From positions 128,001-192,000 of the forward strand of contig CAVTBV010000009.1 of the NCBI GenBank assembly GCA_963733095.1: 64,000 nt of DNA, read 5' to 3'. A model generated the notes under the pieces. It worked only from the letters and a program-made list of their open reading frames with translations, was not told where the DNA came from and made no database searches. Numbering within the stretch: the first letter of the stretch is position 1; the number at the start of each line of letters is the position of its first letter. The DNA is from Candidatus Bathyarchaeota archaeon. Lineage in GTDB: Archaea > Thermoproteota > Bathyarchaeia > Bathyarchaeales > Bathycorpusculaceae. The position numbers and the translations under genes were made by a program. This document shows positions 29,702 to 38,977 of the stretch, piece after piece.

Positions 29702-31531
29702 ATGTGCGGAATTTTTGGCTGTATTTTAAAAGAAGGCAACGCTGCCCCCCTAATCCACTCTTCCCTTAAACGTCTTGAATACCGAGGATACGACTCCGTC
29801 GGGATAGCAACCATCTCTGGTGGAAAAATTTTTGTTAAAAAAGACTCGGGAAAAATCGACGAAGTCGACCGAATCGTCAACCTCGACGACATGCTGGGTA
29901 GCGTAGGAATTGGTCACACCCGCTGGGCTACCCACGGTGCCCCCTTAAAAGTCAACTCTCACCCCCACATAGACTGCACAGGCGAAATCGCAGTTGTCCA
30001 CAACGGCATAATAGAAAACTTTATGGAACTCAGAACTGAACTGGAAAACCTCGGTCACAAATTTGTCTCAAAAACAGACACAGAAGTAATGCCGCATCTA
30101 ATCGAAGAAACCCTAAAACAAAACCCTAAATTAACCCTCCAACAAGCCGTGATGGATAGCCTCAAACGCATAGAAGGCTCCTACGCATTCGCCATAATCT
30201 CCACACGTGAACCAGACAAGATAATCTGCGCCCGAAACGAAAGCCCTCTTGTTTTAGGAATCAACGGCAAGGGCGTCTTCTGCGCCAGCGACATTCCAGC
30301 GTTTTTGGAAGTAACCAACAAAGCCGTCATGATAAACAACGGAGAACTCGTTATCCTCACGGCTGGGGGCTACGAAATCCGCAAAATCGCCGATAACAGC
30401 CTCATTACACGCGACCCCATAACTGTGGAGTGGACCGCAGAGATGGCGGTAAAGCAAGGGTACCCGCATTTTATGATTAAAGAAATCCATGAACAACCCG
30501 AAACCCTCCGCAACACTCTGCGTATCCAGGACCACTACTTGGATCTGCTCTCAACTTTTCTTGACCGGGCCAACGAAGTTTTCTTGGTTGCATGCGGAAC
30601 AAGCTACCACGCATGCCTGGCAGCTTCATATATGTTCTCTAAACTGGCCTTTTTACCCGCCTACCCAGTTTATGCTTCCGAGTTTTTAGAACAATATGGC
30701 AAATCCGTTAACATCGACAGCACCATATTGGCTGTGAGTCAATCAGGCGAAACTGCAGATACAATTGCCGCTGTGTCTTGTGCACAGCAACGAGCGGCAA
30801 CCGTGCTAAGCTTGACTAACGTAATCGGCTCAACTATGACTCGTATTTCCCGAGTATATATCGGAACGCAGGCAGGTCCAGAAATCGGCGTTGCCGCAAC
30901 CAAAACCTTCACCTCTCAACTTTCTGTCTTAGCCCAACTCGCTTTGAAGTTGTCAAAGAAACGGGGGAAAATCTCTCAAGATGAAATCGATAGCCTAGAA
31001 GAGAACCTCAAAAAGATGCCTGAAGACGTCGACACGATTGTTCGAACACAGGAGGAAAAGATTAAGCAAATCGCCAAAAAATACGCGGTTTCTAAGGTGT
31101 TCTTCTTCCTTGGGAGGGGCATCAGCACCGCCACCGCGTTTGAAGGTCGACTCAAACTCATGGAAATCGCCTACATCCCATCCATCGCGTTCCCAGCAGG
31201 TGAAAGCAAACATGGACCCATCAGCCTAATCGAAAACGGTTTCCCAGTCGTATTCATATGCCCAAGAGACGACACCCACAAAACAGTAATCGGCAACATA
31301 ATGGAGATGAAAGCCCGAGGCGCCCACATAATCTCAGTTATCGAGGAAGGCGATGAAGAAATCAAGTCTTTATCGGAAGAATACATCGAGGTTCCAAAGG
31401 GTATTCCAAGTGTGCTCTCGCCAATTCCTTTTGCGGTTCCACTTCAGTTGCTGGCATATTATGTGTCTTTGGAGAAAGGCGTTAACCCTGACATGCCCCG
31501 GAACTTGGCAAAGTCGGTTACCGTAAAGTAA
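29702..31531 (+). CDS. glmS: Glutamine-fructose-6-phosphate transaminase
   Basis: MCGI, LEYRGYDS, GHTRWATHG, SQSGET, PRNLAKSVTV. Confidence 0.98.
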   Translation: MCGIFGCILKEGNAAPLIHSSLKRLEYRGYDSVGIATISGGKIFVKKDSGKIDEVDRIVNLDDMLGSVGIGHTRWATHGAPLKVNSHPHIDCTGEIAVVHNGIIENFMELRTELENLGHKFVSKTDTEVMPHLIEETLKQNPKLTLQQAVMDSLKRIEGSYAFAIISTREPDKIICARNESPLVLGINGKGVFCASDIPAFLEVTNKAVMINNGELVILTAGGYEIRKIADNSLITRDPITVEWTAEMAVKQGYPHFMIKEIHEQPETLRNTLRIQDHYLDLLSTFLDRANEVFLVACGTSYHACLAASYMFSKLAFLPAYPVYASEFLEQYGKSVNIDSTILAVSQSGETADTIAAVSCAQQRAATVLSLTNVIGSTMTRISRVYIGTQAGPEIGVAATKTFTSQLSVLAQLALKLSKKRGKISQDEIDSLEENLKKMPEDVDTIVRTQEEKIKQIAKKYAVSKVFFFLGRGISTATAFEGRLKLMEIAYIPSIAFPAGESKHGPISLIENGFPVVFICPRDDTHKTVIGNIMEMKARGAHIISVIEEGDEEIKSLSEEYIEVPKGIPSVLSPIPFAVPLQLLAYYVSLEKGVNPDMPRNLAKSVTVK

Positions 31532-31627
31532 CTTCATTTCTCTCTCTTTTCTGTAGTTTGTTTTTCAGAAATAGAAAGTTGGCTCAATCGACAAAATTTT
31601 TAAGTGTAAATCGGGTAGTTTTAACCT

Positions 31628-31771
31628 ATGAGTGATATCTTGACCCAAGATGCAATACTGAGTGCAACTCTTCTAAAAGCATGTGTTGTCTGTGGGCACC
31701 CAAGAGGCGCCCATCAACAAGACCAACAATGCACCATCAAAGGATGCACCTGCCAAAAATTCACCCCATAG
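31628..31771 (+). CDS. 47-aa Cys/His-rich microprotein
   Basis: MSDILTQDAILSATLLKACVVCGHPRGAHQQDQQCTIKGCTCQKFTP; TTTAAG box about 25-30 nt upstream. Confidence 0.65.
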   Translation: MSDILTQDAILSATLLKACVVCGHPRGAHQQDQQCTIKGCTCQKFTP

Positions 31772-31777
31772 ATTGGA

Positions 31778-32806
31778 TTAGCCGAACCATTTTTCCAACG
31801 AAACCTTTCCCTTCTGCTTCTTTGTGCCCGCAGTCATCCGTTCCAAGGATTTTTTAATTCGTTCTTCGCCGAATTCTTTTTCGCGGATCATAAAATCGAT
31901 TAAACCTGCTTCGTCGGGCTCTTTCCACTCTATCTTGTACTTGTCGGTGACTTTTGGGCATAGGAAGATTTGTTGTATTTCTTCTATTTTGTTTGCGAAG
32001 GTTACGTTCTCTATATGTGGCAGAGCGTTTTTGAGGGTGCCGTGTTGCTTTATGAGTTTGAGGGCGGTTTTTGGGCCTATTCCTTTTACACCGTCGGGGT
32101 TAAAGTCGGTTCCAATCAAGATTCCAACGTCGATGAGTTGCTCACGTGTTAAACCGCATTCATGGAGTGTTTTAGGTAACTCTACGACCTCAGGCACAAC
32201 TTCAATCGTGACTTTTCCTCTTTTTCTTCTCCCAGAAATCGTTAGGTTCCTAAGTAGCTTACATGCCCCAAACAGAAGACTGTCATAATCTTGGCTTGCA
32301 CAGTAGTCCGCATCGCCCTTTATGTTCATGTGGGCAGCTTGAGCTTCACCTTCACCTGGTGCCTGAACCCACGGCAAACCCATAAGCCCTAAAAGTTTCT
32401 GACTGTCACCCAACATGTAATCTTTCATGCTGGTCGATGCCTGAGCGTACATGAACATTTTTTCTGTATCGCCTTTTGCAGCAGCCTTCTCGTAATGGGC
32501 GGTTGCTTCAACTTTTACTTGTCTTCGCCTCTCGACTTCTGTTGTTTTCAGCGTTGGGGATTCGCCGTCAAAGACATAAATGGGTTTTATTCCCATTTCG
32601 ATTAGGTTGCTGGTTCGGTAGAAGAGTCCGCTTAGGTGGCTGGTGATTTTGCCCGTGCTGTCCTTGAGGGGGGTGCCATCGGGTTGGCGGATTATGCTGA
32701 GGAACTGGTAGATGGCGTTGTATGCGTCTATGGCTATGATTTTGCCGCCAAGGTCTTCTAGTTTAACGGGGGTTTTTGGTATGAGGTCTTTGAAGTTTAC
32801 GCCCAA
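31778..32806 (-). CDS. fen: Flap endonuclease 1
   Basis: AIDAYN..YQFLS.IR..DG.PL, EGEAQAA, SQDYD, GTDFN, PIP-box-like SLEKWF; start moved to TTG (MGVNF). Confidence 0.97.
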   Translation of the reverse strand: MGVNFKDLIPKTPVKLEDLGGKIIAIDAYNAIYQFLSIIRQPDGTPLKDSTGKITSHLSGLFYRTSNLIEMGIKPIYVFDGESPTLKTTEVERRRQVKVEATAHYEKAAAKGDTEKMFMYAQASTSMKDYMLGDSQKLLGLMGLPWVQAPGEGEAQAAHMNIKGDADYCASQDYDSLLFGACKLLRNLTISGRRKRGKVTIEVVPEVVELPKTLHECGLTREQLIDVGILIGTDFNPDGVKGIGPKTALKLIKQHGTLKNALPHIENVTFANKIEEIQQIFLCPKVTDKYKIEWKEPDEAGLIDFMIREKEFGEERIKKSLERMTAGTKKQKGKVSLEKWFG

Positions 32807-32904
32807 AACGATTCCACAAAATATGTAGGCAAGAAACAATCTTAAGAGGTTTGCGAATGACTAAATTTCAGAAAAAGAAAACAGGCAATAATCTTGAGTC
32901 GTTG

Positions 32905-33645
32905 CTAAATTCTCTTCCTTAACAAGACAAGTGTCGCTGCCAAAATTATAACGATTAAAATGATTATAGCGATTATGTAGATTGTTAGGCTGTTTTGTGT
33001 GGGGTTTGCCGGGGTTGGGTTGGTCGACGTGGTGCTGAAAATATTTGTCTGGGTGATGCTGTAGGCGTATTCTGAAGTGACTGGACCCGTTTCCCCCTGA
33101 ACGGTCGTAATGGAAGAAGATTCGAGCAGCATGCCTGAAGCTTTGTCGTAGATGTAGGTTAGGCTTGAGTTGTAATCTGGAGTGGATATTGTTGTGCTGA
33201 GGATGTTGACGCTTCGGGTGACTCCTATGTACTGGCGGTTTTCGGTGTTATTTACAGCGTAGGTGCCTGGAGGTGGGATGGGCTCGCCTACGTTGAGGTT
33301 AGCGGCGATTATGGGTCCTTGAGTGTTTGGCGCTCCATTCTCTGTTCCTGCAGAAACATCCCAAACTGAAACCGTATCGTTGCCTGGGATGGCGGTGCTA
33401 TTCTTGAACTGTCCAGTTGAAAGCAAAGTAACCTGGCTTCCAGCAACGTTGGTTACTTGTAGGGTGAGCGCGTCGTAGTCGCCGAAGGCTTCAAACCCCG
33501 GACCCGTTCCTACAAAATTTCCATACTTTACGTAATCCCCGGTCGTTACACCAGGTACGTATGTTGCTGCCAAAACTGGAACAACTAACGTAGCAACAAG
33601 AAAAACTGTGACTAAGAATATGAAAAATTGTTTAGAATTGGGCAT
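32905..33645 (-). CDS. Secreted, membrane-anchored hypothetical protein
   Basis: Signal peptide, GV..GD.V.Y, YDK.SG.L.E, C-terminal TM ending RKRI. Confidence 0.8.
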   Translation of the reverse strand: MPNSKQFFIFLVTVFLVATLVVPVLAATYVPGVTTGDYVKYGNFVGTGPGFEAFGDYDALTLQVTNVAGSQVTLLSTGQFKNSTAIPGNDTVSVWDVSAGTENGAPNTQGPIIAANLNVGEPIPPPGTYAVNNTENRQYIGVTRSVNILSTTISTPDYNSSLTYIYDKASGMLLESSSITTVQGETGPVTSEYAYSITQTNIFSTTSTNPTPANPTQNSLTIYIIAIIILIVIILAATLVLLRKRI

Positions 33646-33705
33646 TTTAGAATTGCTCCCTTTACTTCTGAACCTGCTTGGGTTTTAAAGAGTTTTTGAT
33701 TTCTG

Positions 33706-33867
33706 TTATGCTGTTCTTTTGGCTCCGCAGTTTGGGCAAAACGTCGCTGTTTGCTGGAAGAGGGCTCCACAATACTTGCATGGAACCATAACTACTTCTC
33801 GAACTGTCACCCTCTCTTTTCTTTCATCGTTAGAGTTTGACCCGCAACCACATCCACAACCAAACAT
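33706..33867 (-). CDS. 53-aa zinc-ribbon protein with N-terminal CGCGCG
   Basis: MFGCGCGCGSNSNDERKERVTVREVVMVPCKYCGALFQQTATFCPNCGAKRTA; directly downstream of the ArsR gene. Confidence 0.75.
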   Translation of the reverse strand: MFGCGCGCGSNSNDERKERVTVREVVMVPCKYCGALFQQTATFCPNCGAKRTA

Positions 33868-33879
33868 CCAAACATCATC

Positions 33880-34230
33880 CTATTCTTGAAATGTTCTCGC
33901 TATTTCCTGTTTTTGGCTAAGCTGTTCTAAAAGGACTCCGCGTACCATGTCGCAGGCTTGACTGATCTTTGGGCTTGAAACACGGTAGTAGATGTTTGAG
34001 CCGTCTTTTCGGGTTTTAACGATTTGTCTTTGCCTCAAAATTGCCAGATGCTGGGAAACGTTGGATTGGCTTGCACCAAGTGTTTGGGTGAGTTCGTTGA
34101 CGGTTTTTTCTCCGCTCTTTAAGTTATGCAGAATAGCTAGCCTCAGAGGGTGAGCTAATGTTTTTGAAATCTCTGCCTGTAGTTCGTATATGGTCATGTC
34201 GAATTCTGGTTTAGACATAGGTTCACTCAC
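33880..34230 (-). CDS. ArsR/SmtB-family regulator
   Basis: KTLAHP.RL.IL..L, V.EL, SQ..VSQHL..LR, YY. Confidence 0.93.
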   Translation of the reverse strand: MSEPMSKPEFDMTIYELQAEISKTLAHPLRLAILHNLKSGEKTVNELTQTLGASQSNVSQHLAILRQRQIVKTRKDGSNIYYRVSSPKISQACDMVRGVLLEQLSQKQEIARTFQE

Positions 34231-34231
34231 A

Positions 34232-34245
34232 TTCGAATATTCTAA
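34232..34245. promoter_or_regulatory. Candidate ArsR auto-operator
   Basis: Imperfect palindrome TTCGAATATTCTAA (12/14 symmetric) next to the arsR start codon. Confidence 0.45.
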
Positions 34246-34315
34246 CGTTTTCTCACCTTTTATATGTTACAGTTAAATCAAGAAACTAAAGAAAAAAGGC
34301 TAATGTGAGTTCTTT

Positions 34316-35101
34316 TTAACTCACATCTAGTTCTTGTATGAAGGTTCCATGCCAGGTATGATACCAGACTTGCCCAGTGTAGCCATTGACACTTAGCATA
34401 CCATAGTTGGTGCCGTTAACCATAGCCATAACGTGGTAGTACCCATAGAACGGGAAAACTTCTCCAACAGTAGCTCCAGGGTAGTAGGTGTTTAGGAACT
34501 GCTGTGCATCCACTTTCGCTTGGTCTGCTGAAACTGGCATGTTTGCTGTTGGGGCACCATAGATTCCGCCTAGTATGCCGCTTCTCATCATGCCGTATTT
34601 GAGGTTCCACATCATGTTAGGCCCCATCTCTGGGTAGATACTGCCAGTGTACTTGTTAACCAACAGTTCAAATGCGCCTATGCCAGTGTTCTTCTCGTAG
34701 ACTTGAACATAGAAGTTTTGTGAGTATTCTTCAACTTCTTTGACTGCTAAGTCAGGGTTGTTTAAAGATGCGACGTAGTTCTGGCCGATTTGCGCTGCAG
34801 TGGTTATGTTAAGTTCACCTCCGGTGTAAGCGTAGGGTGCCGTTGTTGTATATCCGTATCCGCCAAAGCCTAAGCCCATGCATCCGCCACCGTATTGGTA
34901 GGGGTAGACTGGCTGGTAATACTGGGTTGTTTGTGTTGCCGTCGTTTGGGTGGGATAGCCATATCCGTAGCTCCCTCCGATCATTCCACCGTAGCCTCCG
35001 TATGGGCCTCCCATCATGGCTGCCGTGAAAGCAGATGTGGTTAGCAGGGCAACTGCAACTACTGTGACACTAACCAATGTTATTATTTTCCAAATTTTCA
35101 T
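34316..35101 (-). CDS. Secreted Gly/Met/Tyr-rich protein with PepSY-like repeats
   Basis: Signal peptide; MMGG/GGM linker; ELLVN..TG.IYPE.GPNMMWN.KYG; FYGYY; LSVNG.TGQVWYH.WHG. Confidence 0.8.
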   Translation of the reverse strand: MKIWKIITLVSVTVVAVALLTTSAFTAAMMGGPYGGYGGMIGGSYGYGYPTQTTATQTTQYYQPVYPYQYGGGCMGLGFGGYGYTTTAPYAYTGGELNITTAAQIGQNYVASLNNPDLAVKEVEEYSQNFYVQVYEKNTGIGAFELLVNKYTGSIYPEMGPNMMWNLKYGMMRSGILGGIYGAPTANMPVSADQAKVDAQQFLNTYYPGATVGEVFPFYGYYHVMAMVNGTNYGMLSVNGYTGQVWYHTWHGTFIQELDVS

Positions 35102-35163
35102 TTTTTATACCTCACTTTTTCATTATTATATGCTAACGTCTTGGGGGTGGTAAGATAGTTCGC

Positions 35164-35192
35164 TGAAACAGATGTGAAACAGTTTTGAAACA
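35164..35192. promoter_or_regulatory. Triple direct repeat TGAAACA with 11-bp period
   Basis: Copies at 35164, 35175 and 35186, upstream of the 35101 start codon. Confidence 0.55.
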
Positions 35193-35582
35193 ATTGTTGA
35201 AGTCGGTGGTGTTCATGTTTTTTAGTTGTGGTTTGACATCTCACCACACAATGACAGGATTATGGTTGTTTCGCAGTCAATTATCCAAAAACCCATCATG
35301 CGTCCTATTGGGACTATTTCATTTACAACCACGCGGGGACTTGAGTAACGCAAGCATTTGGTTCTTAATATCCAATCTCTGCAGAAAACCTATAAAGGGA
35401 TAGTGTAATTCACCGACCTGTTAGGATCCAAATATCATATCATTGCAGACACCTATGGGGATCGGCTGATTATCAGTTTTTTAAGCCAAACAAAAAAATT
35501 GTATTTACACACAAAGCCGAGTATCCAAGCATAGCAGTTATAAGGAACCCTAACAATTATGACGGCACAGAAGTGATAGTTC

Positions 35583-35762
35583 ATGTCAGAAAAGTTGTCC
35601 TTAGTCACATGTACAAGTTGCGGAAAACCAATCCCGCCAGGCAGCGAATCTACAAAGTTCCTATGCCCACAATGCGGAGATATCCAGATTAAACGAGATG
35701 GAAAATGCCGCAAATTCGGCCGCCTCTACAAATGCCCCAAATGCGGGTTCAGTGGACCATAA
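35583..35762 (+). CDS. Zinc-ribbon protein (DUF1610/HVO_2753-like)
   Basis: MSEKLSLVTCTSCGKPIPPGSESTKFLCPQCGDIQIKRDGKCRKFGRLYKCPKCGFSGP; usual position upstream of EF-1beta. Confidence 0.9.
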   Translation: MSEKLSLVTCTSCGKPIPPGSESTKFLCPQCGDIQIKRDGKCRKFGRLYKCPKCGFSGP

Positions 35763-35775
35763 AAAGGCGAACTGA

Positions 35776-36054
35776 ATGGGCAGTGTACTAGTAACCTACA
35801 AGGTTTTTCCCGAAGATATAATGCCAAGTTTTGACGGTTTAAAAGCACAAATCAAAACTATTCTGCCCGAATTTGCCCAAATTGAAGGATACGGCGAAGA
35901 ACCTGTAGCTTTTGGACTCGTTGCGCTCCTTGTTCAAATCAAATACCCTGAAGATAAATCAGGTTTAGTTGATGAATTCGAGGAAAAACTTGCAAAAATC
36001 CCTGGTGTAAGCCAAGCTCAAACCTTCCAAGTGCGCCGAACAAGTCGCGATTAA
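35776..36054 (+). CDS. ef1b: Translation elongation factor 1-beta
   Basis: KVFPED, EPVAFGL.AL. Confidence 0.93.
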   Translation: MGSVLVTYKVFPEDIMPSFDGLKAQIKTILPEFAQIEGYGEEPVAFGLVALLVQIKYPEDKSGLVDEFEEKLAKIPGVSQAQTFQVRRTSRD

Positions 36055-36203
36055 ACAGGTAAACCCCGACAAGCAATCTTTCTTTTCTCTAATTTGCTCT
36101 TGAATGTCTTAGAGCTTACACTTTAAAGTTTATATAGGCATTACGGCTTTTTCAAACACAAACCCCTAAACAGAAAGTCAGGATTATTTGGGAGATATTC
36201 TTC

Positions 36204-38375
36204 ATGAGTGAAGTACAGCTACGCGTTGGAGACGCACGACAAAGAGATGTTGGCAGAGGAATCGCCAGAATTGACCAGCGAACCATGCAGAAGCTTGGCA
36301 TAAGCGCTGGAGACGTTATCGAAATTGTGAATAAACGCACTACATCTGCCATTGCTTGGCCAGCATACAGTGAAGACCAGAACCGCGACATAATTCGCAT
36401 CGACGGGTTCACCCGCAAAAACAGCGGAGTCGCCATAAACGAATACGTCGTCATCCGTCCCGCAAAGGTCAAAACCGCCCTCTCCATAACACTTGCGCCA
36501 GTTGACATGCGCCTAAACGTCGACGAAGACTTCACGAATTTCGTCAAAAACCGCCTTATGGAACGCACCCTTGTTGAAGGCGACACCACCTTAGTTATGA
36601 TGCTAGGACACGCAATTCCATTCACAGTTTCAAAAACACGTCCTCATGGCATCATTAAAGTTACAGCAGAAACCCGATTAACAATCCTCAACGAACCCGC
36701 CCCAGAAGGCAAAGGGCTACCACGGACAAACTATGAAGACATCGGAGGATTGCACACCGAAATCCAGCGCGTCCGCGAAATGGTCGAGTTGCCCCTTCGC
36801 CATCCTGAGTTGTTCCAGCGTTTAGGAATTGAACCGCCAAAAGGCGTACTTCTCCATGGTCCACCAGGCTGCGGCAAAACCCTGTTGGCGCGAGCAGTAG
36901 CAAACGAGTCTGAAGCAAACTTCTACTCAATCAACGGACCAGAAATCATGAGTAAATTCTACGGTGAATCCGAAGCACGTCTGCGAGAGATTTTCCAGCA
37001 AGCTCAACAGAACGCGCCCAGCATAATCTTTGTGGATGAACTCGATGCCATTGCGCCTAAACGTGAGGAAGTCACGGGAGAAGTTGAAAGACGCGTCGTT
37101 GCCCAACTCCTTGCATTGATGGATGGGTTGTCAGGCAGAGGAAACGTCATAGTCATAGGTGCAACCAACCGCCCAGGAGCTCTTGACCCAGCTCTGCGTC
37201 GACCAGGACGGTTCGACCGGGAAATAGAAATCGGTGTTCCAGACAAGAAAGGACGCTACGAAGTTCTCCAAATCCACACACGCGGCATGCCCCTCGCAGA
37301 AGACGTTGACCTTACAAAACTCTCAGGCATGACTCACGGCTACACAGGCGCCGATCTATCCGCACTCGGCAGAGAAACCGCAATGAAAGCCCTAAGACGG
37401 TATTTGCCACAGATTAATCTGGAAGAAGAACGCATCCCCCCCGCAGTGCTAGAGAAAATGGAGGTAAAAATGGATGATTTCTTGGGCGCTTACAAAGAAG
37501 TTACGCCTACAGCCATGCGCGAAGTCTACATTGAAGTCACAACTGTCCACTGGGAAGACGCCGGCGGACTTGACGACGTAAAACAGCATCTCATCGAAGC
37601 GGTAGAATGGCCTATAAAGACCCCGGAAATATTTACCAAACTTGGAATTAGACCGCCCAAAGGCATCTTGCTCTATGGTCCACCGGGCTGCGGCAAAACC
37701 TTGCTTGCACGTGCAGTAGCGACGGAAAGCGAAGCTAACTTCATATCAATCAAGGGACCCGAAGTGTTCAGCAAATGGGTAGGTGAATCAGAAAAAGCTA
37801 TCCGCGAAGTCTTCCGCAAAGCACGCATGGCAGCGCCCGCAGTAGTGTTCCTAGACGAAATCGATTCTCTCACGCCAAAACGCGGTATGGGTATGTCCGA
37901 CAGCGGAGTATCGGAACGCGTAATAAGCCAACTGCTAACTGAAATGGACGGCATCACGACTCTGCAAGACATCGTGGTTATTGCCGCAACTAACCGTCCA
38001 GACATGGTTGATTCTGCAGTTTTGCGTCCCGGACGCTTTGACCGCTTAATCTACGTGCCTGAGCCTGACGAGAAGAGCCGTTTGCAAATCCTCAAAATCT
38101 ACACCAAAGGCATGCCAATCTCCACGGACGTTGACTTAAACCAGATTACAATTGCAACCAAGTACTATTCTGGTGCTGACATAGAATCCCTCTGCCGCGA
38201 AGCAGCAATGCATGCACTGCGAAAGAACGTAAACTCCGTCGAAGTCACCATGAAAGATTTCCAAGACGCTTTAAAAGAAATGGGACCCTCAATAACACCC
38301 GACATGGAAAAATGGTACAAGAGCTTCATGCAGCAAATCCGACAAGTACAAAAGCCAGCAACCCCAGTTGCATAA
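36204..38375 (+). CDS. cdc48: CDC48/VCP AAA+ ATPase
   Basis: [12 protein letters not shown]-domain; two [11 protein letters not shown] modules; RPGRFDR twice. Confidence 0.98.
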   Translation: MSEVQLRVGDARQRDVGRGIARIDQRTMQKLGISAGDVIEIVNKRTTSAIAWPAYSEDQNRDIIRIDGFTRKNSGVAINEYVVIRPAKVKTALSITLAPVDMRLNVDEDFTNFVKNRLMERTLVEGDTTLVMMLGHAIPFTVSKTRPHGIIKVTAETRLTILNEPAPEGKGLPRTNYEDIGGLHTEIQRVREMVELPLRHPELFQRLGIEPPKGVLLHGPPGCGKTLLARAVANESEANFYSINGPEIMSKFYGESEARLREIFQQAQQNAPSIIFVDELDAIAPKREEVTGEVERRVVAQLLALMDGLSGRGNVIVIGATNRPGALDPALRRPGRFDREIEIGVPDKKGRYEVLQIHTRGMPLAEDVDLTKLSGMTHGYTGADLSALGRETAMKALRRYLPQINLEEERIPPAVLEKMEVKMDDFLGAYKEVTPTAMREVYIEVTTVHWEDAGGLDDVKQHLIEAVEWPIKTPEIFTKLGIRPPKGILLYGPPGCGKTLLARAVATESEANFISIKGPEVFSKWVGESEKAIREVFRKARMAAPAVVFLDEIDSLTPKRGMGMSDSGVSERVISQLLTEMDGITTLQDIVVIAATNRPDMVDSAVLRPGRFDRLIYVPEPDEKSRLQILKIYTKGMPISTDVDLNQITIATKYYSGADIESLCREAAMHALRKNVNSVEVTMKDFQDALKEMGPSITPDMEKWYKSFMQQIRQVQKPATPVA

Positions 38376-38388
38376 GAAGGAACGCTTG

Positions 38389-38625
38389 ATGCCGCAAATA
38401 AAAACTTGGAAAACACGCCCAGCCTACTTCTACCTCTTAGAAGTTTTAACTAAGAAGGGAGACCTTACCGACGACGACCTCTACGACCAACTAAAAGATG
38501 AGTACGAAGATTTAGGGTTCAAAGACTTCAACGAACTGCTGCTGAAACTTGAGGTAAGCGGTAAAATCCGCACTTCATCGATGTCTAGGGGCAAGCGCCG
38601 AATCGAACTAGTAGTTCACCATTAA
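38389..38625 (+). CDS. Small winged-helix protein
   Basis: L..KG.LTD..LY..L...FN..LLKLE..GKI; follows cdc48. Confidence 0.7.
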   Translation: MPQIKTWKTRPAYFYLLEVLTKKGDLTDDDLYDQLKDEYEDLGFKDFNELLLKLEVSGKIRTSSMSRGKRRIELVVHH

Positions 38626-38977
38626 ACCAGCTTTTTCTTCAAACTTTTATTTTCTATGATCCATTGGAAATGAAATTTAAGTCTGTTTTGCGCTTTTCTG
38701 TATTTATGCTGTCTTAAGCTAACTTGGATATAAACATTATTTTTTGTTTATAGTTCCCTTATTTTAAGCACGAAAATTTAACATGCTATTAGCTTGAAAA
38801 ATGGTCAACAAAGACCTACCCCTCTTAGGGCAAATGGTGGCACGTACTCCTCTATCGTTTCTGCATCGAACTGATAGGGACCCTATTAGGCTCCAAATAT
38901 GTGCTGGTAAACCGCAAACTCAAAGCTTAGCCGACATGCCCTTTTGCTTAAATACGATTTAGCTCCATTGCATAATT

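Noticed and set aside
35185-35713. ORF-track entries 35185-35403 and 35453-35713
   Set aside because: The first overlaps the regulatory repeats; the second is antisense to the DUF1610-like gene.
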